Program-made: the position numbers and the translations under genes
Source of the DNA: an uncultured bacterium
GTDB lineage: Bacteria > Fidelibacterota > Marinisomatia > Marinisomatales > UBA1611
DNA length: 64,000 nt
Reading direction: 5' to 3'
Assembly (NCBI GenBank): GCA_965660855.1
Contig: CBFIBM010000003.1
Span: 90,909-154,908 of the forward strand
Notes under the pieces: model-generated
Seen by the model: only the letters and a program-made list of their open reading frames with translations
Told to the model about the DNA's origin: nothing
Databases searched by the model: none
Shown here: in pieces, positions 51,051-60,746 of the stretch
Numbering within the stretch: the stretch's first letter is position 1
Layout of the letters: each line of letters starts with the position of its first letter

Positions 51051-53723
51051 ATGCTTTTTAGAACTTGTTACATAATACTTTTTCTTTTTTCTTTACTTAA
51101 TGCACAAACATCTATTCTTGACTCTAAAGAGCTTGGTATTACAAAACCTAAGAAGCTCATAGAAGCAATTCTTGGTGATAATATTGAGGCTCCAGGTGGA
51201 TCTGCAGTTATCCTAGATGCTTCAAAATCAAGGCCTAACAATGGATCCTTGACCTTCGAGTGGTCTTTTCCTGAGAATCTTATTTTTGAAGATGATTATG
51301 AATATGATAAATCCCAAACAGTAATAACTTATTCATCTGAAGAATTAAAAGAGGTTCCTTTTCAAAATAAAACTAGTATTAAAACACTTGTTACTAGAAA
51401 TCAATATATAGAATTAGACCTTCCAAATTATACAACAGCTAAAACTTTTTCAATTATTCTCAAAGTTCAAAACCATGTAGGTATGAAAGACTTTGATACA
51501 TTATTTGTTAATCTAATACCTCCTATTAAAACTAGCTTACAAGTGGTTGATGTTGGAGATGAATATTTATCCATTCAGGATAGCTCTGAGTCCGTTGGAG
51601 TCGAGTTAACAGAAACTATAATAGATGAATCGTTACTATCTATACAACCAATTAATAAAAATTTATTTAAACCAAGAGAAATTGATTTGATTAACTCTCT
51701 TATTTTTAATGAGATTAAAAACAAAGGATTTGATAATGTTTTAAATCCAAATAGGTACATATCAGAAGAGATAAAATTAAATAGACTTTATGAAAGATTT
51801 AAAATTGTTAAGGATACTGTAATAACTGAAAATAATCCTAGTGCACCAGCTGGACCATCTCTTATCCAAAAAATCCAAAGTTTTTTTATTAAAGATAAAA
51901 ATAATGATTCCCTAAAAACCACAACAACAGAAGATACATTAAATATTGTAATAAAAGGAAAAGATGACTCTAATCTTGAAGTCGTATTAGCTGATGAAGA
52001 GGATCCTGATCTAAAAATAGATTCATTAAGTAATGACTCAACTGTAGTAACAGACTCAATCAATACGGAAAATTTATTTAGCCTAGGGTTTTTTAAGTCC
52101 TTTTTTCAAAAATTTTCTAAAAAACAGGAAAATAATGTTATCTTAAAAGATAGTACCTCTTTAATTGTCGATGATTCTTCCGTTGTTAAAAATATTACAA
52201 ATAATGATATTCCTGTAACGGATATATCAGAAGAACTAAATAAAACCATTGAATATGATTCATCCCTTGTTTCAGCTGTTACCTATGATACCACTATTGT
52301 TGTAGACACACTGAAATATAATGTGGTCGTGGACACAACACTTTTCTATAATTTTTCCTGTGCCTCAGACTCTTGTGCAGGAGAAAATGCAATTTTAGAA
52401 GGAGCTGGTAAAGTTTTAACTTGGGGTCTAAACGATGATTCTGAGTTGGAGTTCCGTTATTTCTCAGTAGCAAATCTTTTTAACGAAGATGTTCATTTTG
52501 ATTGGGTAATCAGCAATGTCCAATTAAACCCTAGCTCAAAAGAAAAAATAATTTATCCAACCACTCTAGCAACAAGTATCACTGGTAGTCTTTTTGTCGG
52601 AGAAGCAAACTCAAATAATATATTAGAAATAACAAAAGACCAGAATGCTCAAATAGTTGTAGAAGGGAATATTTTGAATGAAGAGCTTTCAAAACCATCA
52701 GGAATGGAAATAGGTTCAAACCAGGAAATATATTTTTCTGATAAATATAATAATAGAATTCTAATTAATTCTGGAGAAAGCTTCAGAACTCTTGTCAACA
52801 GTAAGAGTAAGTATAATAATCAAGATAACTCTTCTCCAATGGACCCTTCTTCAGTACGAATAGGACCAAATGGAGCAGTTTATGTATTATTCGATAAAGA
52901 TGGATCGGTTTATAAGATTGCTAAAAGAGAAATTAGCACTATTCTAAATCCTAATTTACTAGATGGGATTGATGATTTTGCGATTAATTCAAAAGGTGAA
53001 ATTTTCATTTTAAGTACTGAAATGAAAAAAATCTATAAAATCATCAATAAAAATGAAATTATAACTATAGCTGGTTTAGACCGTCCTGATAAGAATAGAA
53101 AAATATATATGAAGAGGAAAGGTCCTAATTCTTTGAGCTTTTCAGGAACTGCATTAGAACCTGCTCTTATGAATGATGTTCCTTCAAAAAAAATTCCATT
53201 TGGAAACCCTGTTAGTATTGATATTGATTTAAATGATAATCTTTACATTGCAGATGATGAATATGGAACCATTAGGAGAATTGATAAAGAGGGTACAATA
53301 AGCACATTTTTTGGGCCTAGCGATGAATTAAAAGGTGTTTCTCAAATTAGACTAACAAATGAAGAAAATTTTCAGATATATATTTCAAAACCATTTGCCC
53401 ATGAATTAAAAAAGATTAGTTTGAGTGAAATTTCTCCATGGGTTAAAAAATCAACCATTGATCACCCTAGGTATATAATTCAAGAAAAGGGTGTTTATGG
53501 ACTTGAGGATCAATTAAATGAATCTCTCTCGTTCACATTAGATGAGATCTTACCAAAAGTAAGAAAAACGTTTTTGGAGCGAATTAGTAATCAAAATAAA
53601 AAGGTTACTAAATTTATGGGAAAGAATCCACTTTTCTGTGGTCTTTTATTACTACTTGTGAATCAAGGTGTCGCAGCTAGCCTTGAAGATCCACCTAAAT
53701 TACCTCCAGATTTTCCATTTTAA
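51051..53723 (+). CDS. Exported protein with PKD-like domain, NHL-like beta-propeller and C-terminal hydrophobic/Pro-rich tail
   Basis: VILDASKS...LTFEW (PKD-like); PSGM/PVSIDID..NLYIAD..IRRID (NHL); ends FCGLLLLLV...PPKLPPDFPF. Confidence 0.72.
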   Translation: MLFRTCYIILFLFSLLNAQTSILDSKELGITKPKKLIEAILGDNIEAPGGSAVILDASKSRPNNGSLTFEWSFPENLIFEDDYEYDKSQTVITYSSEELKEVPFQNKTSIKTLVTRNQYIELDLPNYTTAKTFSIILKVQNHVGMKDFDTLFVNLIPPIKTSLQVVDVGDEYLSIQDSSESVGVELTETIIDESLLSIQPINKNLFKPREIDLINSLIFNEIKNKGFDNVLNPNRYISEEIKLNRLYERFKIVKDTVITENNPSAPAGPSLIQKIQSFFIKDKNNDSLKTTTTEDTLNIVIKGKDDSNLEVVLADEEDPDLKIDSLSNDSTVVTDSINTENLFSLGFFKSFFQKFSKKQENNVILKDSTSLIVDDSSVVKNITNNDIPVTDISEELNKTIEYDSSLVSAVTYDTTIVVDTLKYNVVVDTTLFYNFSCASDSCAGENAILEGAGKVLTWGLNDDSELEFRYFSVANLFNEDVHFDWVISNVQLNPSSKEKIIYPTTLATSITGSLFVGEANSNNILEITKDQNAQIVVEGNILNEELSKPSGMEIGSNQEIYFSDKYNNRILINSGESFRTLVNSKSKYNNQDNSSPMDPSSVRIGPNGAVYVLFDKDGSVYKIAKREISTILNPNLLDGIDDFAINSKGEIFILSTEMKKIYKIINKNEIITIAGLDRPDKNRKIYMKRKGPNSLSFSGTALEPALMNDVPSKKIPFGNPVSIDIDLNDNLYIADDEYGTIRRIDKEGTISTFFGPSDELKGVSQIRLTNEENFQIYISKPFAHELKKISLSEISPWVKKSTIDHPRYIIQEKGVYGLEDQLNESLSFTLDEILPKVRKTFLERISNQNKKVTKFMGKNPLFCGLLLLLVNQGVAASLEDPPKLPPDFPF

Positions 53724-53771
53724 TTAAATTTTTAATTCATTTATTATGAAACACTTCTTAAGGAGTTCATT

Positions 53772-56700
53772 ATGAATAAGCTCTTATTAATATTTGTTTT
53801 ATTTACCTATGTCCTTAACGGGCAAAAATATAAAACTAATAATCAAAGTTTATTTAATTCAAAAAATAAAATAAATACAGCCGAAACTTTAAGTTCTACA
53901 GTTCCAAGGTTGCTATCCTATCAAGGCCTCTTAACAAAAACAGATGGCAAAGCAATCAAGGATGGTAGTATAGAGGTAACTTTTAGGTTATATACATCTT
54001 TGGAAGAAGGGGTTCATTTTTGGGAAGAGGTGCAAAATGTTGTTATCGAAGATGGTATCCTCACTGCTGTTTTAGGAAAGATTATACCAATAGATATCGT
54101 TCCTGATGCATCTTTTTTAGAAGTAGAAATAAATGGTACAGTTCTTTCACCTCGCCAAGAAATGACTTCTTCATTTTATTCTATTATCTCAGATACTTCA
54201 AAATACTCCCAAGGTGGAAATTATTTGGATCTTGATGGTTTACCAGATTTAAATATTTTTGCAAGGAAAGATACTCTTAGCAATTACACCCTAATAGATA
54301 GCCTTAATCCAGTTGCTTTGAGTGGGGATTATCTTGATTTAGAAAATGTTCCTGATTTATCAGAAGTTCTTCAAAGTGACACACTTGATTTATACGTGAT
54401 GATAGATAGCCTTAATTCGTATGTTCTTCAATCAAGTTTAAGTATAGTTGCTTTTTCAAATGACTATTCAGATTTAAATAATATTCCTGACCTTAATCAA
54501 TATGCGACAAAGGATACTTTGACTAATTTCATTTCAGAAGACACCTTATCCTTCTATGCTTTGAACACAGAATTAGGTTCTATTGCATTGCAAGATACTA
54601 ATAATGTTAATATTACAGGTGGATCCATTTCTGGTGTTTCTGATATTTCGGTTGCAGATGGAGGTACAGGCGCTTCTGATATAGCTACTGCGAGAGAAAA
54701 TTTAGGTCTTGAAATTGGTACAGATGTTCAAGGATACGATGCAGATCTAGCAGATCTAGCAGACGGTTCCTTATCAGCATCAAAAGTACAATTTTTAGAA
54801 AATATTAGTTCCGATGTTCAAGAGCAAATTAATAATTTAGGTTTAAACAGTTTAATGGACCTTGGTGTGGTCGCTGACTCCTCTGAGTTAAATTTTGTTG
54901 ATGGAGTTACATCAAATATTCAAACTCAATTAGATAATAAACAAGAAATAAACTCGAACCTTACCTCGATAGTCAATCTAGATCAAACAGATGGAAATTT
55001 CATTGTGTCTGATGGAAATAACTGGACGGTTGAAAACGGAGCAGATGCGAGGGCATCCTTGAATTTAGGTTCAATGTCGACTCAACAATCAGATAATGTC
55101 ACAATCTCGGGTGGAAGAGTGACGGGCATATTAGACATTGCGATTGCAGACGGGGGAACTGGCGCATCAGATATCGCTACGGCAAGAGAAAATTTAGGAC
55201 TCCAAATTGGTGCTGATATTCAAGGCTATGATGCTGACCTTGCTGATATATCAAGTTTATCGCAAGCTGAGGGTAACATCATTGTTTCCAATGGGAGTAA
55301 TTGGACCGCCGAATCTGGTTCTGATGCTAGAGAATCTCTTGGATTATCTATAGGGAGTGATATCCAAGGCTATGATGCAGATTTAGAAGATTTAGCAGAT
55401 GGAACCCTATCTTCTAGTAAAATAGAGAATAATGAATACTTTATTACATCCTCAGGAAATGCCAATGAGGTTTGGACTTCTGATGGAAGCGGAGCAGGAA
55501 CATGGGCCACTTCTACCAATACCCTCACAGGAGCAGGGTCTACAATAGATACAGAGGATTTATCAGCATCTCAAGCGGTGGTTACGGATAGTGATGGCAA
55601 AATAGCGGTATCAGATGTAACGGTCACTGAATTAAATTATGTGGATGGAGTAACATCAAGCATCCAGGCTCAATTAGATGCAAAACAATTAGCTGATTCT
55701 GATTTAGATGATTTAGCTGTATTACCTCAAAGTAATGGTAATATTATCGTCTCGGATGGAAGTAATTGGACTGCCGAATCTGGTTCTGATGCTAGGGAAT
55801 CTCTTGGATTATCTATAGGGAGCGATGTTCAGGGTTATGATGCTGATTTAACAGATTTAGCAGATGGAACCCTGTCTGCTAGTAAAGTAGAGAACAATGA
55901 GTATTTTATTACATCTCCTGGTAACGCTGGTGAAGTATGGATTTCAGATGGTTCTGGTGCAGGTGAATGGGGTCTATCAGCAGGCATAACCGGAGCCGCA
56001 TCTACCGTGGATACGGAAGATTTGACAGGGAAGAGAACGCTTATATCAAATATTGATGGTAAAATTGCAATATCTGACATTACATCCCAAGAACTAGGTT
56101 ATTTAGATGATGTATCAAGTAATGTACAAACTCAATTAGATGGTAAACAGCCTTTGAATTCTAACTTAACAGACTTAGTTGGATTAACTCAAAGTGATGG
56201 GAATTTTATTATTTCTGATGGAGTAAATTGGACTGTAGAAAAGGGAGCAGATGCCCGGGCATCTTTGGGGTTAGGCTCTTTATCTACACAAGAATCTAGT
56301 GCCGTAGCTATTACTGGGGGTTCTATAGCCGGTATTGCAGATATTACCATTTCTGATGGTGGAACTGGAGCTTCAGATATAGCAACTGCAAGGGAAAATT
56401 TAGGGCTTGAAATTGGAACAGATATTCAAGGTTACGATGCAGACCTAGCAGACCTAGCAGATGGAACTCTATCCGCAAGTAAAGTTGAAAATAATGAATA
56501 CTTTATTACTTCTTCAGGCTCAGCGAATGAGGTGTGGACATCCGATGGAAGTGGTGCTGGAACATGGGCCACTTCTACAAACGCCCTCACTGGAGCGGGA
56601 TCTACGATAGATACAGAAAATTTATCAGCATCTGTAGTTGTAGTTACAGATAGTAATGGTAAAATAGCAGTATCAGATGTTACAGCAGCAGAACTTAATT

Positions 56701-58916
56701 ATGTAGATGGAGTTACCTCCAACATCCAGACTCAGTTAGATGCAAAGGGAACAGGAATGGTTAGCTCTTTATCAGACTTGAGTGTTACTTCCACAGCAAC
56801 AGAGTTAAATCTTTTAGATGGGGTAACTTCTACAACATCAGAGCTAAATATTTTAGATGGGGTAACCGCCACAGCAGCAGAACTTAATTATGTAGATGGA
56901 GTTACCTCCAACATCCAGACTCAGTTAGATGCAAAGGGAACAGGAACGGTTAGCTCTTTATCAGACTTGAGTGTTACTTCCACAGCAACAGAGTTAAATC
57001 TTTTAGATGGTGTATCTGGATTAGTTCAAGGAGACCTTACAAAGTTAGCAGCGGTTGACGCCACAGCAGCAGAACTGAATTATGTGGATGGAGTTACCTC
57101 CAACATTCAGACTCAACTAGATGCGAAGGGAACAGGAACGGTTAGCTCTTTATCCGACTTGAGTATTACCTCCACAGCGACAGAGTTAAATATATTAGAT
57201 GGTGTTACTTCTACTACTGGAGAGTTAAATATTCTTGATGGGGTAACCGCCACAGCAGCAGAGCTTAATTATGTAGATGGAGTTACCTCCAACATCCAGA
57301 CTCAGTTAGATGCGAAGGGTACAGGAACAGTTAGCTCTTTATCCGACTTGAGTGTTACTTCCACAGCGACAGAGTTAAATATATTAGATGGTGTTACTTC
57401 TACTACTGGAGAGTTAAATATTCTTGATGGGGTAACCGCCACAGCAGCAGAGCTTAATTATGTAGATGGAGTTACCTCCAACATCCAGACTCAGTTAGAT
57501 GCGAAATCTTCTATAACAGGACTTGATGGTCTTACGGATGTTAAATCAGGTGGAAGTAATTTTTCAAATTCGATGATTGTTGGACATCAAACAACAGGTA
57601 CACTTAACAATGCAGATGAAAATATTGGACTAGGTGTTGGATCCCTTGAATCGCTTACCTCTGGTGATAGAAATACTGCTATCGGGAAAGATGCAATGAA
57701 TAGTAACACTGATGGTAATTATAACACTAGTTCTGGATATCAAAGCTTATATGTCAATACTACTGGTAGTTTTAATCTGGCATCAGGAAATTCAGCATTG
57801 GGGCTAAATATTGATGGAGATTCAAACACGGGTTTAGGGCATAGAGCATTAAATAGTAATACAAGTGGAGACTTAAATATTGGAGTTGGTCGAAGATCAT
57901 TATATTCAACAACCACAAGTAATTATAATTCAGCAATTGGCTCTTATGCTTTAGAAGATGCCAACAGGACAGCAGATACGGATGGTTATAATACTGCACT
58001 TGGGTATAAAGCTGGTAACACAGGAACTAACGACGTAACGACAGGGAATAAGAATACTCTATTAGGAGCAAATACTGCCTCTTCAGCCGCAGCAGGAACC
58101 AATCAGACGGTTATTGGTTACGGTGCGTCCGGTACAGCGAATAATAGTGTTACGATTGGTAATAGTGATGTAACAGCATGGTATCCAGGTTCAGATAATA
58201 CTGCAGATTTAGGTAGTAGCTCAGTTGAATTCAAAGATTTGTATATAGATGGTACTGCAAACTTAGATGCAGTTGATATTGATGGAGGTGCGATTGATGG
58301 TGCTGCTATAGGAGCAAATTCAGCATCAACGGGAGTATTCACAACCGTTACAGCAAGTACTTCTTTGGATGTTACAGGTTCAGCAGGTGTGATATTAGAG
58401 AATGATGAAACTATTACAAATTCAAGTGATGGAACGGTTTTGGTTACAGCAACTACCACTTCTTTAAGTGGCGACTTAACTGTCACAGGAAATGACATAA
58501 CTTTTGGTAACGGAGAGACAATTTCTAACTCGACAGATGGAACGGTAGTTGTTACAGCAACTACCATTGAATTGTCCGGGAAAACTGACTTTGGTGATAA
58601 TGCAATTACGGGTTATGGAGCAGATTTACAAACATTATCTGGAACTACAAAAACTCTTGCTGCAACTGACAATGGAACTGTGATTGTATGTTCTAGTGGT
58701 TCCGCGACAACGATTACTGTCGCTTCTGGTGCAAGTTTACCTGCTGGATTTAATTGTATGATTGTTCAAAGTGGCGCAGGCCAGGTGACATTTAGTGGAT
58801 CAGGTACTACCTTAAATGCGAGGAATGGTTTAAAGACTGCAGGACAATATGCAATGATGACATTAGTTCATCTTGGAAGTAATGTTTTTGTTATTTCAGG
58901 GGATACGACTCTTTAG
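53772..58916 (+). CDS. Signal-peptide-bearing fibre adhesin with phage-tail-fibre-like repeats
   Basis: AAGGAG RBS; VPRLLSYQGLL N-domain; GGTGAS..ARENLGL and ELNYVDGVTSNIQTQLD repeats; NTA.G..AL beta-roll repeats; C-terminal GFNCMIVQSGAGQVTF domain. Confidence 0.82.
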   Translation: MNKLLLIFVLFTYVLNGQKYKTNNQSLFNSKNKINTAETLSSTVPRLLSYQGLLTKTDGKAIKDGSIEVTFRLYTSLEEGVHFWEEVQNVVIEDGILTAVLGKIIPIDIVPDASFLEVEINGTVLSPRQEMTSSFYSIISDTSKYSQGGNYLDLDGLPDLNIFARKDTLSNYTLIDSLNPVALSGDYLDLENVPDLSEVLQSDTLDLYVMIDSLNSYVLQSSLSIVAFSNDYSDLNNIPDLNQYATKDTLTNFISEDTLSFYALNTELGSIALQDTNNVNITGGSISGVSDISVADGGTGASDIATARENLGLEIGTDVQGYDADLADLADGSLSASKVQFLENISSDVQEQINNLGLNSLMDLGVVADSSELNFVDGVTSNIQTQLDNKQEINSNLTSIVNLDQTDGNFIVSDGNNWTVENGADARASLNLGSMSTQQSDNVTISGGRVTGILDIAIADGGTGASDIATARENLGLQIGADIQGYDADLADISSLSQAEGNIIVSNGSNWTAESGSDARESLGLSIGSDIQGYDADLEDLADGTLSSSKIENNEYFITSSGNANEVWTSDGSGAGTWATSTNTLTGAGSTIDTEDLSASQAVVTDSDGKIAVSDVTVTELNYVDGVTSSIQAQLDAKQLADSDLDDLAVLPQSNGNIIVSDGSNWTAESGSDARESLGLSIGSDVQGYDADLTDLADGTLSASKVENNEYFITSPGNAGEVWISDGSGAGEWGLSAGITGAASTVDTEDLTGKRTLISNIDGKIAISDITSQELGYLDDVSSNVQTQLDGKQPLNSNLTDLVGLTQSDGNFIISDGVNWTVEKGADARASLGLGSLSTQESSAVAITGGSIAGIADITISDGGTGASDIATARENLGLEIGTDIQGYDADLADLADGTLSASKVENNEYFITSSGSANEVWTSDGSGAGTWATSTNALTGAGSTIDTENLSASVVVVTDSNGKIAVSDVTAAELNYVDGVTSNIQTQLDAKGTGMVSSLSDLSVTSTATELNLLDGVTSTTSELNILDGVTATAAELNYVDGVTSNIQTQLDAKGTGTVSSLSDLSVTSTATELNLLDGVSGLVQGDLTKLAAVDATAAELNYVDGVTSNIQTQLDAKGTGTVSSLSDLSITSTATELNILDGVTSTTGELNILDGVTATAAELNYVDGVTSNIQTQLDAKGTGTVSSLSDLSVTSTATELNILDGVTSTTGELNILDGVTATAAELNYVDGVTSNIQTQLDAKSSITGLDGLTDVKSGGSNFSNSMIVGHQTTGTLNNADENIGLGVGSLESLTSGDRNTAIGKDAMNSNTDGNYNTSSGYQSLYVNTTGSFNLASGNSALGLNIDGDSNTGLGHRALNSNTSGDLNIGVGRRSLYSTTTSNYNSAIGSYALEDANRTADTDGYNTALGYKAGNTGTNDVTTGNKNTLLGANTASSAAAGTNQTVIGYGASGTANNSVTIGNSDVTAWYPGSDNTADLGSSSVEFKDLYIDGTANLDAVDIDGGAIDGAAIGANSASTGVFTTVTASTSLDVTGSAGVILENDETITNSSDGTVLVTATTTSLSGDLTVTGNDITFGNGETISNSTDGTVVVTATTIELSGKTDFGDNAITGYGADLQTLSGTTKTLAATDNGTVIVCSSGSATTITVASGASLPAGFNCMIVQSGAGQVTFSGSGTTLNARNGLKTAGQYAMMTLVHLGSNVFVISGDTTL
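56682..57505 (+). repeat. In-frame tandem repeat, ~189-bp unit, four full copies plus one partial
   Basis: ACAGCAGCAGA(A/G)CT(T/G)AATTATGT unit starts at 56682, 56871, 57063, 57252 and 57441. Confidence 0.92.
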
Positions 58917-58924
58917 GAAGAAAT

Positions 58925-60745
58925 ATGTACTTTTTCTTTAAAAATCATATAATAAAGTTTCTTTTCACCTCTATAATTTTATTTGCTCAAGATTATGATT
59001 TGAAAACATTTCAATTTTCTCTTACCAATGAAATAATGGAGTCACAAGATTTAAAACTAAAAGGTTCGATTAGTTCAAACCTTTTTAGCACTAGTAGCAG
59101 CGATTCTATTTCTCTAAAAGGCGGGGTTATAAGTTCAGCATTAGGCTTATATTCAGAACCACCCAAACTTATTACCTTTTTTCCTGATACAATAACGCAA
59201 TCTGATCCTAATGTTGCACGTGCAATTGCGACTGATTTAAATGGAATACAAAGTACAAATTTGTATATACAAATTGGTGGAAGTAAGAGAACTTTAAAAC
59301 TTCCTATGGCGGTGGTTAATGATTCTATTTTTGAAGTACATATCCCAGAAAGCCTAATGACTGTTCGAAATTTTAGAACATATTTTGAGAGTGTTGATAG
59401 TATGGACTATTCCAGTTCTAGCGATTATAATACCCCATATTTAACCATTCCACAAAATGGTTTAAATATGGAATCCAGATTTAGTTTTTACCCAGATGGA
59501 ATACTATCTGAAAAATGGCGCATGTTTTCTTGGCCAGGCAAACTACTTAATAATCGTATATCAACTTCGAATCTCAAAAATGATGGATATGTGATTTACT
59601 ACTACAATCCTCATACAAAAAAAAGGATTAAACCAGATAGTTTAGAAACAGGCACTGCATATTGGATTCATCACGAATTTAATAAACCTATCATTTTCCA
59701 AAATTCTGATACAACAGCATCCGCGTTACCATTAGATGATTATACTATTTTATTAGAACCTGGTTGGAATATGATTGGTAGTCCATTTTCTTTTAAAACA
59801 TCTTTTAACTATGACAAAAATAAAATTTCAGGTCTCTATCAATTTGGTGATTCCCAATCTGATGGATGGGCTGGTCCTTTAGAAATATTTGAACCATGGG
59901 CTGGATATGCAATCTATAATTATTCAGAAGATATTGACAGTCTTATAATAAAACCATTCCCTGATGATTCCTCTCATCAGGCTGGTAGATCTATGTCTTT
60001 AGAATGGGAAATAGCTTTGCGAGTCGAAAGTGAGCGTTACTTTGATCGAACAGGAAGAATAGGTAGAATAGAGAGCGCTTTAAATGAAAAAGACGGCTTT
60101 GATACACCAAAGTTACCTTCGATGGATAACTTCCTTAGCATATCGATGGATATTGATGGGAATGGAGATTTTAATCATAGTGCAGATATACGATCAATAG
60201 ATAATATGAATGGAATATGGAATATCCGCCTATTAGGGGAAAGTAGTTCAGAACCTATAACGTTATTTGGTGAAAGTATGGTCCCCTTACCACAAGGTTT
60301 AATTGTTTCAGTCCTGGATGTTTCAAAACGTCACATTATTGATAATTTTTTATCGAATGAATACACGATAGAACAAATGACTAATCAAATTTATGATCTT
60401 AAATTTGTTATTGGAGACGAAGTATTTGTTCAATTAACTCTGATGGATTTATTAAGACAAATTCCTGAAAAATTTTCTATAAGTCAAAATTATCCAAATC
60501 CTTTTAATCCACAAACAAAAATGGATTTTTCAGTAGCACGAACAGGAAAGGTCCAAATAGTTATTTATAATCTTTTAGGCCAGAAGGTTAAAACATTAGT
60601 GAACAAATCCTTGAACTATGGTTATCATTCAGTTGTTTGGAACGGGTTAGATGAAATAGGTCAACCCGTATCTTCGGGGGTTTATTTTTCCGAGCTTCGA
60701 GCCAATGGGTTTAGAGAATCAAAGAAAATGTTACTGTTAAAATAA
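58925..60745 (+). CDS. Exported protein with T9SS-A/FlgD-Ig-type C-terminal domain
   Basis: Signal peptide; WRMFSWP and GWNMIGSPF repeats; QNYPNPFNP...KKMLLLK. Confidence 0.82.
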   Translation: MYFFFKNHIIKFLFTSIILFAQDYDLKTFQFSLTNEIMESQDLKLKGSISSNLFSTSSSDSISLKGGVISSALGLYSEPPKLITFFPDTITQSDPNVARAIATDLNGIQSTNLYIQIGGSKRTLKLPMAVVNDSIFEVHIPESLMTVRNFRTYFESVDSMDYSSSSDYNTPYLTIPQNGLNMESRFSFYPDGILSEKWRMFSWPGKLLNNRISTSNLKNDGYVIYYYNPHTKKRIKPDSLETGTAYWIHHEFNKPIIFQNSDTTASALPLDDYTILLEPGWNMIGSPFSFKTSFNYDKNKISGLYQFGDSQSDGWAGPLEIFEPWAGYAIYNYSEDIDSLIIKPFPDDSSHQAGRSMSLEWEIALRVESERYFDRTGRIGRIESALNEKDGFDTPKLPSMDNFLSISMDIDGNGDFNHSADIRSIDNMNGIWNIRLLGESSSEPITLFGESMVPLPQGLIVSVLDVSKRHIIDNFLSNEYTIEQMTNQIYDLKFVIGDEVFVQLTLMDLLRQIPEKFSISQNYPNPFNPQTKMDFSVARTGKVQIVIYNLLGQKVKTLVNKSLNYGYHSVVWNGLDEIGQPVSSGVYFSELRANGFRESKKMLLLK

Positions 60746-60746
60746 A

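Noticed and set aside
56682..57505. Repeat array considered as CRISPR or a DGR template
   Set aside because: Units are in-frame coding repeats of 189-192 bp without unique spacers; no cas or reverse transcriptase gene in the window
53772..58916. Prophage call based on tail-fibre-like repeats
   Set aside because: Protein has a Sec signal peptide, and no capsid, terminase, integrase or lysis genes are present in the window
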